64,000 nt of DNA from Camelus ferus (taxonomy: Eukaryota): the NCBI RefSeq assembly GCF_009834535.1, contig NC_045696.1, forward strand, positions 33,296,001 to 33,360,000, in the 5' to 3' direction. Shown here one piece after another: positions 1 through 11,492 of this stretch. The notes beneath the pieces were generated by a model. That model saw nothing but the letters and a program-made list of their open reading frames with translations, did no database searches and had not been told where the DNA came from. Within the stretch, counting starts at the first letter, position 1. Each line of letters starts with the position of its first letter. Made by a program: the position numbers and the translations under genes.

Positions 1-176
1 GGTCTGAAGAGAGGATCTAGTTGGCTCATCACGACCTAACTGCCACTAATTGTTCTCTCCCACTCATGGATGTCTCTAGCTTCATTATTCACCAATACAT
101 AGTCCTAAAATTCCTTTTCTAATAACACTTCTGAGTTTCTGTTTGTTATTACAGCCTATAATGAAAAAGAAAATCA

Positions 177-318
177 GGGAGGGTATAGTTCAAGAGTGCA
201 TGCTTAGCATGCAGGAGGTCCTGGGTTCAATCCCCAGAACCTCCTCTAAAAATAAATAGATAAACCTAATTACTTCTCTCCCCCCCATCAAAAAACAAAA
301 CAAAACAAAAACAAAAAC
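177..318 (+). mobile_element. tRNA-Ala-derived SINE (camelid Vic-1 type), A-box partly deleted
   Basis: GGGAGGGTATAGTTCAA-GAGTGCATGCTTAGCATGCAGGAGGTCCTGGGTTCAATCCCCAG resembles tRNA-Ala(AGC) with B-box GGTTCAATCC; followed by an A-rich linker and (CAAAA)n tail. Confidence 0.85.
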
Positions 319-320
319 AC

Positions 321-605
321 CCAACAAGTTTATGCTATATAGCACAGGGAACTATAGTCAATATCTTGTAGTAACTTATGGTTAAAAAGAATATATATTT
401 GTTACTATATGACTGAAGTATTGTGCTGTACACCTGTAGTTGACACATTGCAAGCTGACTATACGTCAATAAAATATATATATTAAAAATGGAAAAAGAA
501 AAAATATGAAAAAGAATATATATACACACATATATATAACAGAATCACTATGCTGTACACCAGAAATTAACACGTTATAAACTGACTATACTTTAATAAA
601 AAATT
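321..605 (+). mobile_element. Two tandem L1 3'-UTR termini (cetartiodactyl-type)
   Basis: AGCACAGGGAACTATA...GCTGTACACC...GACTATAC.TCAATAAAA terminus, then a second GAATCACTATGCTGTACACCAGAAATTAACAC...ACTATACTTTAATAAAA terminus. Confidence 0.85.
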
Positions 606-615
606 TAAGAAAGTT

Positions 616-962
616 TCCTTATGATATCACTTATATGTGGAATCTAAACACAAATGAACTTATTTACAAAATAGAGACAGTCACTGACATAAAAAACAAA
701 CTTATGGTCACCAGGAGGGAAATAGGGTGGGGAGGGATAGATTGGGAGTTTGAGATTTGCAGATACTAATTACTATATATAAAATAGGTAAACAACAAAG
801 TCCTACTGTATAGCACAGGGAACTGTAATCAATACCTTGTAATAACCTATATATGAAAAAGAATGTGAAAAGGAATAAATATACATGTATAAGTGAATCA
901 CTATGCTGTACAGTAGAAATTAACACAGCACTGTAAATCAACTATACTTAAATTTAAAAAAA
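616..962 (+). mobile_element. 5'-truncated L1, 3' UTR
   Basis: ATATCACTTATATGTGGAATCTAAA...GGGAGTTTGAGATTTGCAGATAC...ATCAACTATACTT plus A tail. Confidence 0.9.
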
Positions 963-1134
963 TCAAATGTTATGCTACAACTTAATCAAGAACTGTCTCT
1001 GTGAAATTTTATTACCTATTAAATTAAATAACGATGAATAGGAATATTCTGACCTCTGTGCAATATCCAATAATTGATGATATAATGTGGATTGGATAGA
1101 TGATAATAGTAGCTTCTACTCTTTGCCAAGCAGA

Positions 1135-2400
1135 GTAATATATTGAACATCCACTATATGTCAGACACCATTCTAGGCATTTGGATTATATCAATGAACC
1201 CAACAGATACAGACCCTTGCCTACCTGGGGTGCAATTACTATAAAACCATTAGCTAATAAACATTTGATATAATCCAAAAAAGGTAAATTATATAATCCA
1301 TTAAAATTGATAAGTGTAATGGAAAAATCAAACATGAGAATGAATGATGCAGATTTTAATTTTAAACAGGTGGTGATGGTAGGAATCAATGAAAAGATAA
1401 CATTTCAGCAAAAGTTTGAAGAAAGTATTGGAATTAGTCATGAACTTTCTTATCTTCGGGAAAAGAATTTCAGGAAGAAAAAAAGTGGTTTATTTCTGCC
1501 ACCATTCCTACGGCAAGAATAAGTCTCTCCGATTAAAGAAAGAGCAAGAAGGCCAACGTTGCTGAAATGGAATGAAAAATGGGGACAGGAGAAGATTACA
1601 TCAAAAAATCATGGGGATCTCATCATGTGAGGCCTTTGGAGGCCATTGTGAAGTCTTTGAAATTGGGTGCTATTGCAGGGTTTTCAGCAGATCATAACAC
1701 AATCAGAGTTACAATGATAATGTCCTTCCTTGTAGAGAACACCTTGGGGAAGGTCACAGTGAAAACAATGAGACCTATTAAAAGTCTAAATTAGACAGCT
1801 CTTCAAGTGCTTGTTTCACAGGACCAGGGGGATAGCAGATGTGATCAGATTCTAGAGCTTCAGAATTTCCTGAAAGATTTGATATGCGGTATGAGTAAGT
1901 TGGAGAGGTTGACATCTGAGTGACCAGAAGGATGAAGTTTCTATCAATTTATATGGAAAAGACTATGGGCAGATGGATTAGTATTTGGGGGGCAGATCAC
2001 AAAACATGTTGGATATGTCAGTTTGAAATTTCTAATAACCATTTAACTTAAGAGTAGATGGCTAGATATACAGTAGTTTGTGAACGTTATCTGGGATGTA
2101 GATATGAATCTGAGTCATAAATATATGAATAGTATTTAATGTCAGGAGACTAATAAGATCACCAAAGAAGTGAGTGCAAATTTAGAAGAGGACCAGAAAA
2201 TTAAACCTGGGGAATATCAATGCTATAACATAGGCCAGAAATGAGGAGCCACTAAAATTCAGTCGCCACCAATTAGATTTTTTTAAAAAAAGTAGTGTCC
2301 TGTAAACCAAATAAAAAGAGTGAAACCAAGTTGGGGTGATTAGCTGTTGATAATGGGAAATTGAAGACTGAGAATTGACTCTTGGTTTCAGCTGATATAT
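1135..2400 (-). mobile_element. L2 LINE, 3' portion
   Basis: Starts with the reverse L2 tail (TATTGAACATCCACTATATGTCAGACACCATTCTAGG) and continues through purine-rich L2 antisense motifs to GAAGACTGAGAATTGAC. Confidence 0.75.
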
Positions 2401-3139
2401 TTCTAAAATAGACAACAGGTATTGTCTTGAATCCTCAAAATAACAGTGCTATGTAAATACTATTTTAACATATTTAAATATTATTTTACAGACTGTAAAC
2501 ATTAATCTCAAATTAGTTTTCATCACCCAATTGAACAGTGGGTTATAGAGCTGGATTCTGTATACAAACTGCCTGTTCATTTCAAATACAGTAATTTTTT
2601 AGTAGTGGGATTGAAAACAAAATAATCTTTGCATGTGGCACAGTTGAGAGTCCAAGATAGAGGTGGTTGTCTGATCATGTCACCTGGTTGTTTACATATG
2701 ATCTTTAGGGTTAATATTTTCCAGGTATTATTTCCAGTTATTCCAGAATAAGTCAATTATTCTATCAGAGATCAATATGCTGAACAAATGCATAGATGAA
2801 TATTAGAATCCACGTGCTTACCTATTTTAGAGGATATAAGATTTTGCTCTTTATGAAAATCCTCCTCTCTTTGACAAAATACCTGGGAAATTAAATATTT
2901 AGAATGTAATTAGTTGAGCTTTGATTAAGTCAAAGATAATGGGATGACCTTGAGGAGATACTTAAGATCTAGGGAAGGTCATGAACTATTCTGCTCTCTC
3001 AATAGAGATCTCCTTTTTCAGCAAAAGGAAATATCAGGTAGACAAAGAGGTAGACTCACACGGCGGTCAGAAATACTGATAACCAGATAATGCTGGTTCA
3101 AACTGGAAACTAGACATTTTCCAGTATCAAATATCAGGA

Positions 3140-3305
3140 GACATTAAATACTATTTATATATTTATGACTCTTAGACTCGTATCTACATCCCAGACAACT
3201 TTCACAAACTACTGTATACCTGGCCACCTACTCTTAAGCTGAATGATTATTAGAAATCTCAAACTGACATATCCAACATGTTTTGTGATCTGCCCCTCAA
3301 ATACT
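3140..3305 (-). repeat. Inverted local duplicate of 1980-2143
   Basis: Reverse complement aligns to 1980-2143 with about 13 substitutions and one 2-nt indel by manual alignment. Confidence 0.95.
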
Positions 3306-3384
3306 GATACCAGCAAGAATCTGGAGAGTTTTTTTCCCCTAACTTTTTTCTGACTTTGCTTCATATGTATATAATATATATATG

Positions 3385-3387
<3 letters not shown>

Positions 3388-3439
<52 letters not shown>
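3388..3439. repeat. (TA)n microsatellite
   Basis: About 26 perfect TA units. Confidence 0.98.
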
Positions 3440-3444
<5 letters not shown>

Positions 3445-4199
3445 GTACCATGTACACAATATTGCAGAAAAGAACAAAGTAAATAATACACACAGCACAT
3501 TTACACATGTGATTATTTGGATTAGGCTTTTTGTGTTTCTCACATGCAGAAGCTTTCTGTTTCTGAGACATTGCTAGCTATTCTCTGACCAATTTATTTT
3601 TTATTTAGTTTTCCCCATACTTTCAGATACAGCAACCTTCTTTTATTGGCACGTTTTTCTTTATATATGTGAAATTACTAAATGAGGTAAGGTAGCGCTT
3701 CACATTTTTAAGCCAGGAAAAACAATCTGCCTTTTGCTGTTTTGGTTTGAATTTGTGAATTAAGCTAGGTAATTTTAAATTTATTTTTCCAGGAATTTGT
3801 GCTTACTTGGAGAAAGAAACAAGAGGCCCTATCTGAGGTACACTTAAAAATATACAAGATTTGGCTGGGGCTCACTTCTGGGTTTTTGGGTTTTTTGTGC
3901 CAAATGTGCAAGCCTAGTGTAGAAACGGAATTTCTCACAAAAATAGAAAATATTTAAAAATATTATGTGAAGGAAAAGAAGGTGTGAAACAGCTAAGGAG
4001 AATAATATTAGAGACTAAAAAGTGATGAAAATTTCTATGATGTTTTTCTGCATATTGTACAATGTACACCTTCTTCTTACTATGAAATTTTCAATAAAAT
4101 AGATGTACACCTTAGTACATGCAGTAGCAAAAAAATCAACGTATTTGTTCTCAAATAAGTATGGCATACTTTTTTCTCACAGAACAAAATTTCTACTGA

Positions 4200-4520
4200 T
4201 TTTAGTCATCTGCTCAAAGTCCCAGATTACTCCTCTGTCCCCGTCAACATTCTGAGGATGTTTCATATCATCTTCATGTTTGTTACAAGATGATGGCTGC
4301 AGTTTTAAGTATATCTACATTTAGAGCAAGAAGTGCTTGATGGAGGTGGAGAAGGGAGGGAAGCAGGTGGAGGTGGCTCCCTGCACTACCCTTTATTAGG
4401 AGAACAGACCCTTTCTTACTGCTCTCCTCCTTTTTTAATGGTCAAATTATTTTTTCACCCATCAGATCTCATTGGCTAAGATTAGGATCTTCTGGTCATT
4501 CCTAACTACAATGAGGGTCG
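4200..4520 (-). mobile_element. Old MaLR LTR fragment (MLT1-like)
   Basis: CAAGATGATGGCTGCAG and CTCATTGGCTAAGA...CCTAACTACAA motifs typical of antisense MLT1. Confidence 0.5.
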
Positions 4521-4529
4521 TCAAACCTG

Positions 4530-4820
4530 CAACAGATCTTCAGGAAGAGATGTGAGCTGATTGCTAGAAACCTGGGTAGAGGACTAAGGAGGTGAGATGA
4601 GAAAGAAATCAGCAAGGGGGAGTTATGAAGCAAGTTCTCACTGTGGGCAACTAACGCTCAATCCTGCCAAGGACCTATGCAAGACAGTGTAGAACACAAA
4701 TCAATGTCATTCTAAGGATGACAAGAAACTGGGGTATATATTCACCACCGACTGAGAACCACATATGGGAAGTAAGCAGCCTAACTAGGTAGTGTAGAGT
4801 GCCAAGAGGGTAGGGGACAG
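4530..4820. mobile_element. Old ERVL-class LTR fragment
   Basis: CACTGTGGGCAACT...CTCAATCCTG...CTGGGGTATATATTCACCA motifs recalled from ERVL LTRs. Confidence 0.4.
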
Positions 4821-6053
4821 TCCCTCCTGTTAAAATGGTATTTCTCTTAAGCTTAGAAAGCAGGGGTTTGGGGTTGATGTTGTATAGGAAGCTAAAAATC
4901 TAACCACAGTATGAAAATTATATCAATAAATGGTGGGTTCAATCTATTGGGAGATGGTTAAAGGTTCTAACCTTGACTTTAAAGTGTTCATGGGTGAAAC
5001 TGGAGGCTGTGGAAGGACCACTGCTACTACTGAGTTCCATGTGTTCAGGATGCTTGATTTGAAAGATATTTAAACTTTGTCTTCATTTTAATGCGCAGCT
5101 TATTTAGTGCCATTTTTTAAGGACATTCAGACATGTCATAAGCATTTATCCGAGATGATTTAGCCCTAATGGCCATTGCTAAAAAAATAAAGTGTTTTAT
5201 TAAATAACATAACAAGAATGCTTAGAGCCCAGTGATTGTGTGGCCCTCCAAATTTCTCCTCAAGCAGTGGTTGTGATTTAGCAAATGCACTTTTGGAATG
5301 ATACTCAGTGTAATAGATCATCAGAGAAAACTAGTAGCCATTTCACAAAAACTCTAAACTTACAACTCTTGCTAGTTGTCAGCATACAGTTCTCACCACT
5401 GTAAAAACAAGTCTCTTGATATGCCATGTTTAACTGCATGTATACCCTCCGTATTTGGGGGAACTTGTCTCCCTTAAATATTTGAAAACAAACGTGTAAG
5501 TTCAGGGATTTTAACATGTGACATTAAATTCACCTTTCTAAATCAAGCTAGCTCACTGAAATGACAGCAATTCTGTGATGCTCATACTGTCTCCCTCAAC
5601 TACAATTTTATTTTGTTTGCTTTGTATGGTGTGCAATTAAACCCATGGGGGGTGTATCATTGTGCTTCAGTACACTGCATCATATAATCAATGAATCTTT
5701 TTAATAAATGGTAGGCAAGAAATTACTGACATCTTTGTTTAATTTTCCCTTTGCCAACGGAAGAGCAGATCAAGCAGATTGTTCCCAGAGAACACTGCAT
5801 TTGTAGAAGAGCTGAAGAACAAGTAGTGGTACTTAAAACTCTGATTTTTTTTCACATACTGGAAATGCCAAGGATGTATTTCTAACTTTGTTCTTCAAAA
5901 CACACATTTCAGCATTGAGCAAGGGAAACTATAAAGATAATTCCATTGAATTTATAATCCTACGTATTGGACTATTCACAGCTGGCAATTTTATATGTTG
6001 AATATTGTCAAAGCAAACATTGCACCAGACAATGTTTAGCAGAGAAGGAAGGC

Positions 6054-6603
6054 TTTTTTTTTTAAATTGAAGAATAGTCGATTTATAATGTTGTGTTAAT
6101 TTCTGGTGTACAGCATAGTGATTCATTTATACACACACACATATATATATACTTCTCTTCATATTATTTTTCATCATAGGCCATTGAATATAGTTTCCTG
6201 TGTTATATATAGTAAGATCTTGTTGCTTACCTATTTTATATATAGTAGTTAGTATCTACAAATCCCAAACTCTCAATTTATTCCTTCCCACCCCCTTTCC
6301 TCTCTGGTAACCATAAATTTGCTTTCTATGTCTGTGAGTCTGTCTCTGTTTTATAAATACGTTCATTTGTGTCCTTTTTTTCTTTTTTTTCCAGAATCCA
6401 ATATAGGTGATGTCTTATGGCATTCTTTTTTCTCTTTCTGGTTTAGTTTATTTAGTATGATGATCTCCAGGTCCATCCATGTTGCTGCAAATGACATTAT
6501 TTTATTCTTTTTAAGGCTGAGAAGTATTTCATGCTATATATATATACCACAATTTCTTTATCTAATTATCTGTTGATAGACATTTAGGTTACCTCCATGT
6601 CTT
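6054..6603 (-). mobile_element. 5'-truncated L1 3' end
   Basis: Poly-T, then TTAATTTCTGGTGTACAGCATAGTGATTCA...AGGTCCATCCATGTTGCTGCAAATG. Confidence 0.92.
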
Positions 6604-6604
6604 A

Positions 6605-7010
6605 TCTTCCATAGTCTTTATTCAAGTCTTTCAATTGGGGAGAGAAGCCAGAACTCAGTCTGAGCCCAACTCTATTGAAACAAAGGGCTAGAGAGCCTTT
6701 AAGAGCTGGGTTGAAGGTAGGGGATTTTAGGTTCTCTGTGTTTGCTAATTGGTCTTAGCCAAAGAAAAAGTCAACTTTCTCCAATCTTCTGGACAGGAGG
6801 TAGTTTTACAACTTGGAACAAAGTGCCCACTCAAGTTTGGCTCCTACCCTTCCACAGGGGCTGAGTGATAGGCGCTCGCTCTTCCCTGGTGATGATGATC
6901 ACATTTCAAAGGTCCTGGCTCCTATAGGTCCTTAAAGAGCAGGAAGAAGGCTGTTTAGGTTGGTCAAGCTGAGAGAACTGCTAAGGCCATCATGGCTAGT
7001 CCTTAATTTT
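6605..7010 (-). mobile_element. ERV1-class solo LTR
   Basis: TCTTTATTCAAG (antisense AATAAA), CAGAACTCAGTCTGAGCCCAACTC, GCTAATTGG; about 400 bp, LTR-like. Confidence 0.55.
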
Positions 7011-7399
7011 ACAATAAAATTTGAGACTGTTGATAATCTATTCATTAAATTATTTCATTTGGTGTACTTAAAAATGTATAACAATGGAATTTTATTCTCA
7101 ACAAATTAGCTTATTCCTAAGTCAGAGAGTGGTATCGCTTTACTTGTGAAAGTCATAATTAAAAAGAAAAAGGCAGATAAACATATAATATCAAAAGATT
7201 CTGCTTCTCACACTATTAAATAAAAGAAGATAATTTTTATATTCTTATTCGAGGCAACTATAGGCAGAGGGAGAAAAAAGCAACAATAATTTGGCCATAT
7301 GAAAGTGTAAATCAACTAGGTATAAGTTAAATGTATAAAATGGAATAAGAAGAGAAAATAAAACTGATTATTTGTTCACTGCAGCCATCTTCTTGCCCT

Positions 7400-8410
7400 T
7401 AGTGCTTTCTTTTCCCCTAGACTTTGGGATTCCATTCTTCCTTGTTTTTCATCTACACAATCTGCCTATTTTTTTCAGTCTCCTTCTTCTGTTCCCTGAC
7501 CTTTAGATCATATATTCTGTCCTTAGCACTCTTCTCATCTCATTCCAAATTCAATCTCCTGGAGCACAAATCTACTTCAATAATTTTAATTATCTCCTAT
7601 ACACTAGTGACTATAAGATTTATAAAAATAGTATCAAATATTTATGAATTTATCTTTTTACATTTCATCTATTGGCCAGATAGCTCTACTAGCATATCTA
7701 CCATGTAATTTAATGCCAACATACACAAATATGGCCTCATTTTTGACATTGAAAGAAAACGTTTCTTCAAGTTTTCTTTTTCCTTCAGTCATCAATTGTT
7801 TACCCATATAAAGAGTTACTATTGCTAGAAACCTTAGCGTCATTTTCAAATTTGTCAATCTTCAAATCTAATTGATTACTGTGTTAAAAAAAAAAAAGTA
7901 TATCATTCCTCTCTGTAAAACCTATATTGCTCGTGTATTATTTCTTTTCAGAACTGTTAAACTAGCCTCCTGGTAAGTCCCTTGGCTTCTCTTCCCACTA
8001 ATTTTCTTCCGCATTGTCATGCAAACACAATTAATCATGTCACTTTGTTGCTTAAAGACATTTAGTAACTTCATGCTGTCGATAATAATTCAGATTATTT
8101 AGCACATTATGAAAGATCTTTGACAATCTGTTCCCCAAATTTTCCACTTCTATCTCCGTCTACTCCACTTCATTTTACTGACACTCAAGTTTAGCCACAT
8201 CTTACTTTCCTACCAAACACACACAGAAACACGCATATTCTATACAACTCCTAAGTCACACCTCAAAAGTATCTAGTCCATGAAGTCTGCCTTTACTCCC
8301 AATGCATAAAGGGCCGTTCTATTTCATCTGGTCACATTTAGAATAATTAGTTGTTCTATGACTGGTTCTCCTTTGTGGATGGAAACCAAACTATATTTAT
8401 TTTACACCTG
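7400..8410 (+). mobile_element. L2 LINE fragment
   Basis: Pyrimidine-rich L2 sense motifs, e.g. ACTAGCCTCCTGG and AATCATGTCACTTTGTTGCTTAAA. Confidence 0.6.
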
Positions 8411-8414
8411 TTTC

Positions 8415-9290
8415 CATGAATTCTTCAGAGCTTCACAGTCCTGTCTGATGGCTTTGTGTTCATTTCTTCTGTGTAAAATGTTCCACTTCACACAGTTGAT
8501 TTGTACAAATTTTGCATCTTTAACCTCTCAAATACCTTTAGAGGTCACTCCTAGGTCAGGCAAGGATTTCGTTGATAGGCTATTCAATGTGCTATTACTG
8601 AACCAGGCCCTGTTAACAGTAGCCAAAAGTCTCTGGGCCGCCTGTCTTACTAGCCTATTATGGTCCAACAGTTTCCTTTTGTTGTTTCTTCCAGGTATCT
8701 ACAGTTACACTATTGTGATCGTTGATCATATAGCATCATTGATTTCATAGCATCATTGATTTTATATTTGGTTAATCATTTCAAAGTCACCTAGTCATCG
8801 TTATTTTTATCAGAAGTTCAGTCACACACTGGGTGATGCAATAAACAATAATCTTGTAAAATAGGCAGAACACAAGTTATATAACTAGTAACATTAATAA
8901 GGTCATAAGTAAGTATTTAAGCTAAGAACTTTCATTAGGTGTGGCCCAGTAACTCCCCAGGTCTTCTGACTAGTTTGTTCTGCATTAGTCACTATCTTTA
9001 AGGGAAATGATACATTGGCATAGTACATAAAGTTCACTAGAGGCGTCTGCACATACGAGGAGAGTGGTGGGGCATCCTGACCCCTGAGAAAGAAGTATTA
9101 GCTTCCAAGAAGTTACATGACTGGCTCCAGAAAAAGAAAAATTGACCTTTATGGTTGAGCAGGTATTTCTGCCATTGAGGTCTTGGTAATGCATAATGCT
9201 GATCCACAACACACACTAGAGAGGAAGGAGGAGGCTAAAGGGCAGAGAAAAAAATTTTTATTTTACCACCTTGTTTTCTAAAATATAGAT
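8415..9290 (-). mobile_element. ERV internal fragment, env TM-tail/3'-internal-like
   Basis: Minus-strand reading near 8780-8920 gives hydrophobic LLMTLLMLLVI*LVFCLFYKIIVYCITQCV, resembling the end of an env transmembrane subunit; not intact. Confidence 0.4.
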
Positions 9291-9499
9291 TGTCAACTAC
9301 GCTGTTTGATCCCAATTAGTCAAAGTATAACATACATTGCAAAACTATTCTTAATTTGTTTAACCTAAAATGGTCTTTTAAATATTTAGAGATGGTAGAA
9401 AGACATTTTAAGAAATTATTCCTTACATGAACACTGTATGCAGAAGATGAGATGATGGAATAGAGTCACACTATCTATTTTCATGGCATCAACTACAAT

Positions 9500-10902
9500 T
9501 AAAGACTTTTAAATCTGTATCTCCTGCCCAGCTCTCTTTTGTTGGGTCCAGATTTGTTTATCCAAATGCTTTCTGTCATCTTCATTTGGGTGTTACACAA
9601 GACCACAAGTTCAGTATGTTGAAACTGAACTTGGTGTTTCCCCCATCCATTCCTCTTTCTCAAATCTGCTTTTGTTCCAAAGGTTTTTATAGATTAAATG
9701 ATTCCCCTCTTAATCAGGATAGGATTAGATATGATGTTGTAAAATATAATCCTGGGGATTCCAGTGAATTAATATAGTAAGTTTCATTTTTCATTCTTCT
9801 CACCATGTAATGAGGATGAGGCATGTATCCTCAGAAGTTTTGTCATAGGGACTAAAGGAAATAGATTGTTACCAATCTTGTGGCTAAACCATTTAGAATA
9901 GATGGATTCCAACATTGCCATGGGAGAGACAGAATGACTTGTGGATTGTGCGGAAAGTTTTGAAGGGTTAGGCTTGAAAAGTAGCTTTTATCACTACCGC
10001 CCATGTGATCAGCTAGAAGTCAGTCACATGATATATTACGTAACTGTAAGGGAGGCTGGGAAATATATTTATGTGCCCAAAAAAGAACATGATGAGCTGA
10101 ACACAATGTACTGTCTTCACAGACTCATCCATTTTTCTAGCTGCCCAAATCTGGGAATTACTAACTTTTCCTTTTCCCTTGCATTTTCCTTCTAATCAAT
10201 CTTGTAGTCCTCCTTATTAAATTGATTAATATCTCTTGAACCTACTCAAAACTGTTTTACAATAACTGGTCACTGGCTTTACCTTGGATCCAAGCCTTCA
10301 TTATTCCTCTCTAAGCTTATTGCAACAGTCCAAGTTAGTCTCCTCTCTGATGCCAGAAGACCTTTCCAAATTAAAAATTCAATTGAAAAACCGCTCCTTC
10401 ATTAAAATTCTTCAGTGGCATCCAATATTTTTCAGGCTACTGTGCAAACTTCTTAGTATGCTGTAATGGGCTTTCATAATATGAACTTTGCTTAAATCTC
10501 ACTCTCTACCCTTATCCTCATTATAGATTTGGATTCTGCAGAAAAATAAGACTTTCTTCACCTACATCTTTACATGTGCTTACTCTTTTGCATGGATTAC
10601 CCTTCAGTGACTCCTTAAGTCCTACTGAAGCTTTAGGAATCACCTTCACTTCTTCCAAAGTGTCCTTCCTAACCAGGGTATGGCATCTGATCCACCATTT
10701 TATTTGATCCCATAAAACCTTGTAGTTATCAGTGTCCACTTTTCTCATAGCATTCATTACACTTGATTTTATTTTTCTCTTTATTATCTGCCTCTTTTCA
10801 GGGAGTGAGTAAATATTTTAGACAAAGAACTGTATGTTTTTCATCTTTGCATTTCTAACATGCTTAATACATAGTAGAGCCTCAGTAAATGTTTGTTGAA
10901 TA
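9500..10902 (+). mobile_element. L2 LINE 3' portion, interrupted by an MLT1 LTR
   Basis: AAATCTGTATCTCCTGCCCAGCTCTCT... running to the canonical L2 end ACATAGTAGAGCCTCAGTAAATGTTTGTTGAAT. Confidence 0.75.
9710..10120 (-). mobile_element. MaLR LTR (MLT1-like) nested in L2
   Basis: TAATCAGGATAGGATTAGATATG start; GTCAGTCACATG...TAACTGTAAGGGAGGCTGGGAAAT. Confidence 0.65.
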
Positions 10903-10929
10903 ATTTTGGGGGTGGGGTGGGCAAGGAAT

Positions 10930-11040
10930 AACAACTTTATTCAGAAATCTAGCAGACCAAGAAGATGGGGGACTAATGTCTTAGAGAACTATCTTACCCA
11001 AGTCACTATTCAGGCTTCTTTTATACTAAAAAGGGGAGAA
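10930..11040 (-). mobile_element. ERV LTR fragment
   Basis: ACTTTATTCAGAA...CAGGCTTCTTTTATACTAAAAGGGG (antisense poly(A) signal and TATA region). Confidence 0.5.
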
Positions 11041-11349
11041 TAATATTTTTTTTGAAGCCAGAGTGTTTTGTATGCCTCTGGTCCATTGATCTTGCCAAAC
11101 TTCATTATGATATATTCAAGTATCCTGATTACATAGGCTCCTATAACCAGCTTAAACCTCACTCAACATTTTGTGACCTACAGTTTGAATGGGTAGAAAA
11201 GGTTGAGTGGTTTTGTTATCACTGTCAATAAGTGTGGTTCTTATACATTTCTCAAAATATTCCCATGAGGAAAAAGCTTGGAAGTGATTAAAAAAGAAAA
11301 ATAATGGACAATTTTAGATTCCTCCTTATAAGTAGTATCACGTAATATA

Positions 11350-11492
11350 CGGAGGTGATGGATACGTTTATGACATAGATTATGGTGACAGTTTCACGAA
11401 TGTTACTTATCTCCAGAGTCATCAAGTTACATAGGTTAAACGTGTAGCTTTTTGTATGTCAATCATAGTTTAATAAAGGGGTTAAAATAAAG
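11350..11492 (+). mobile_element. Old L1M 3' end
   Basis: GGAGGTGATGGATACGTTTAT...TGTATGTCAATCATAGTTTAATAAAG. Confidence 0.75.

Noticed and set aside
3209..3571. 120-aa minus-strand ORF
   Set aside because: Held open by the (TA)n microsatellite (YIYIYI) and the duplicated L2 piece
3793..3837. 45-nt candidate coding exon (EFVLTWRKKQEALSE)
   Set aside because: Good acceptor but weak donor (GAG/GTACAC); no recognisable protein or partner exons
8358..8750. 130-aa ORF, the longest in the track
   Set aside because: Spans a repeat junction and runs antisense to an ERV-like fragment; no recognisable domain
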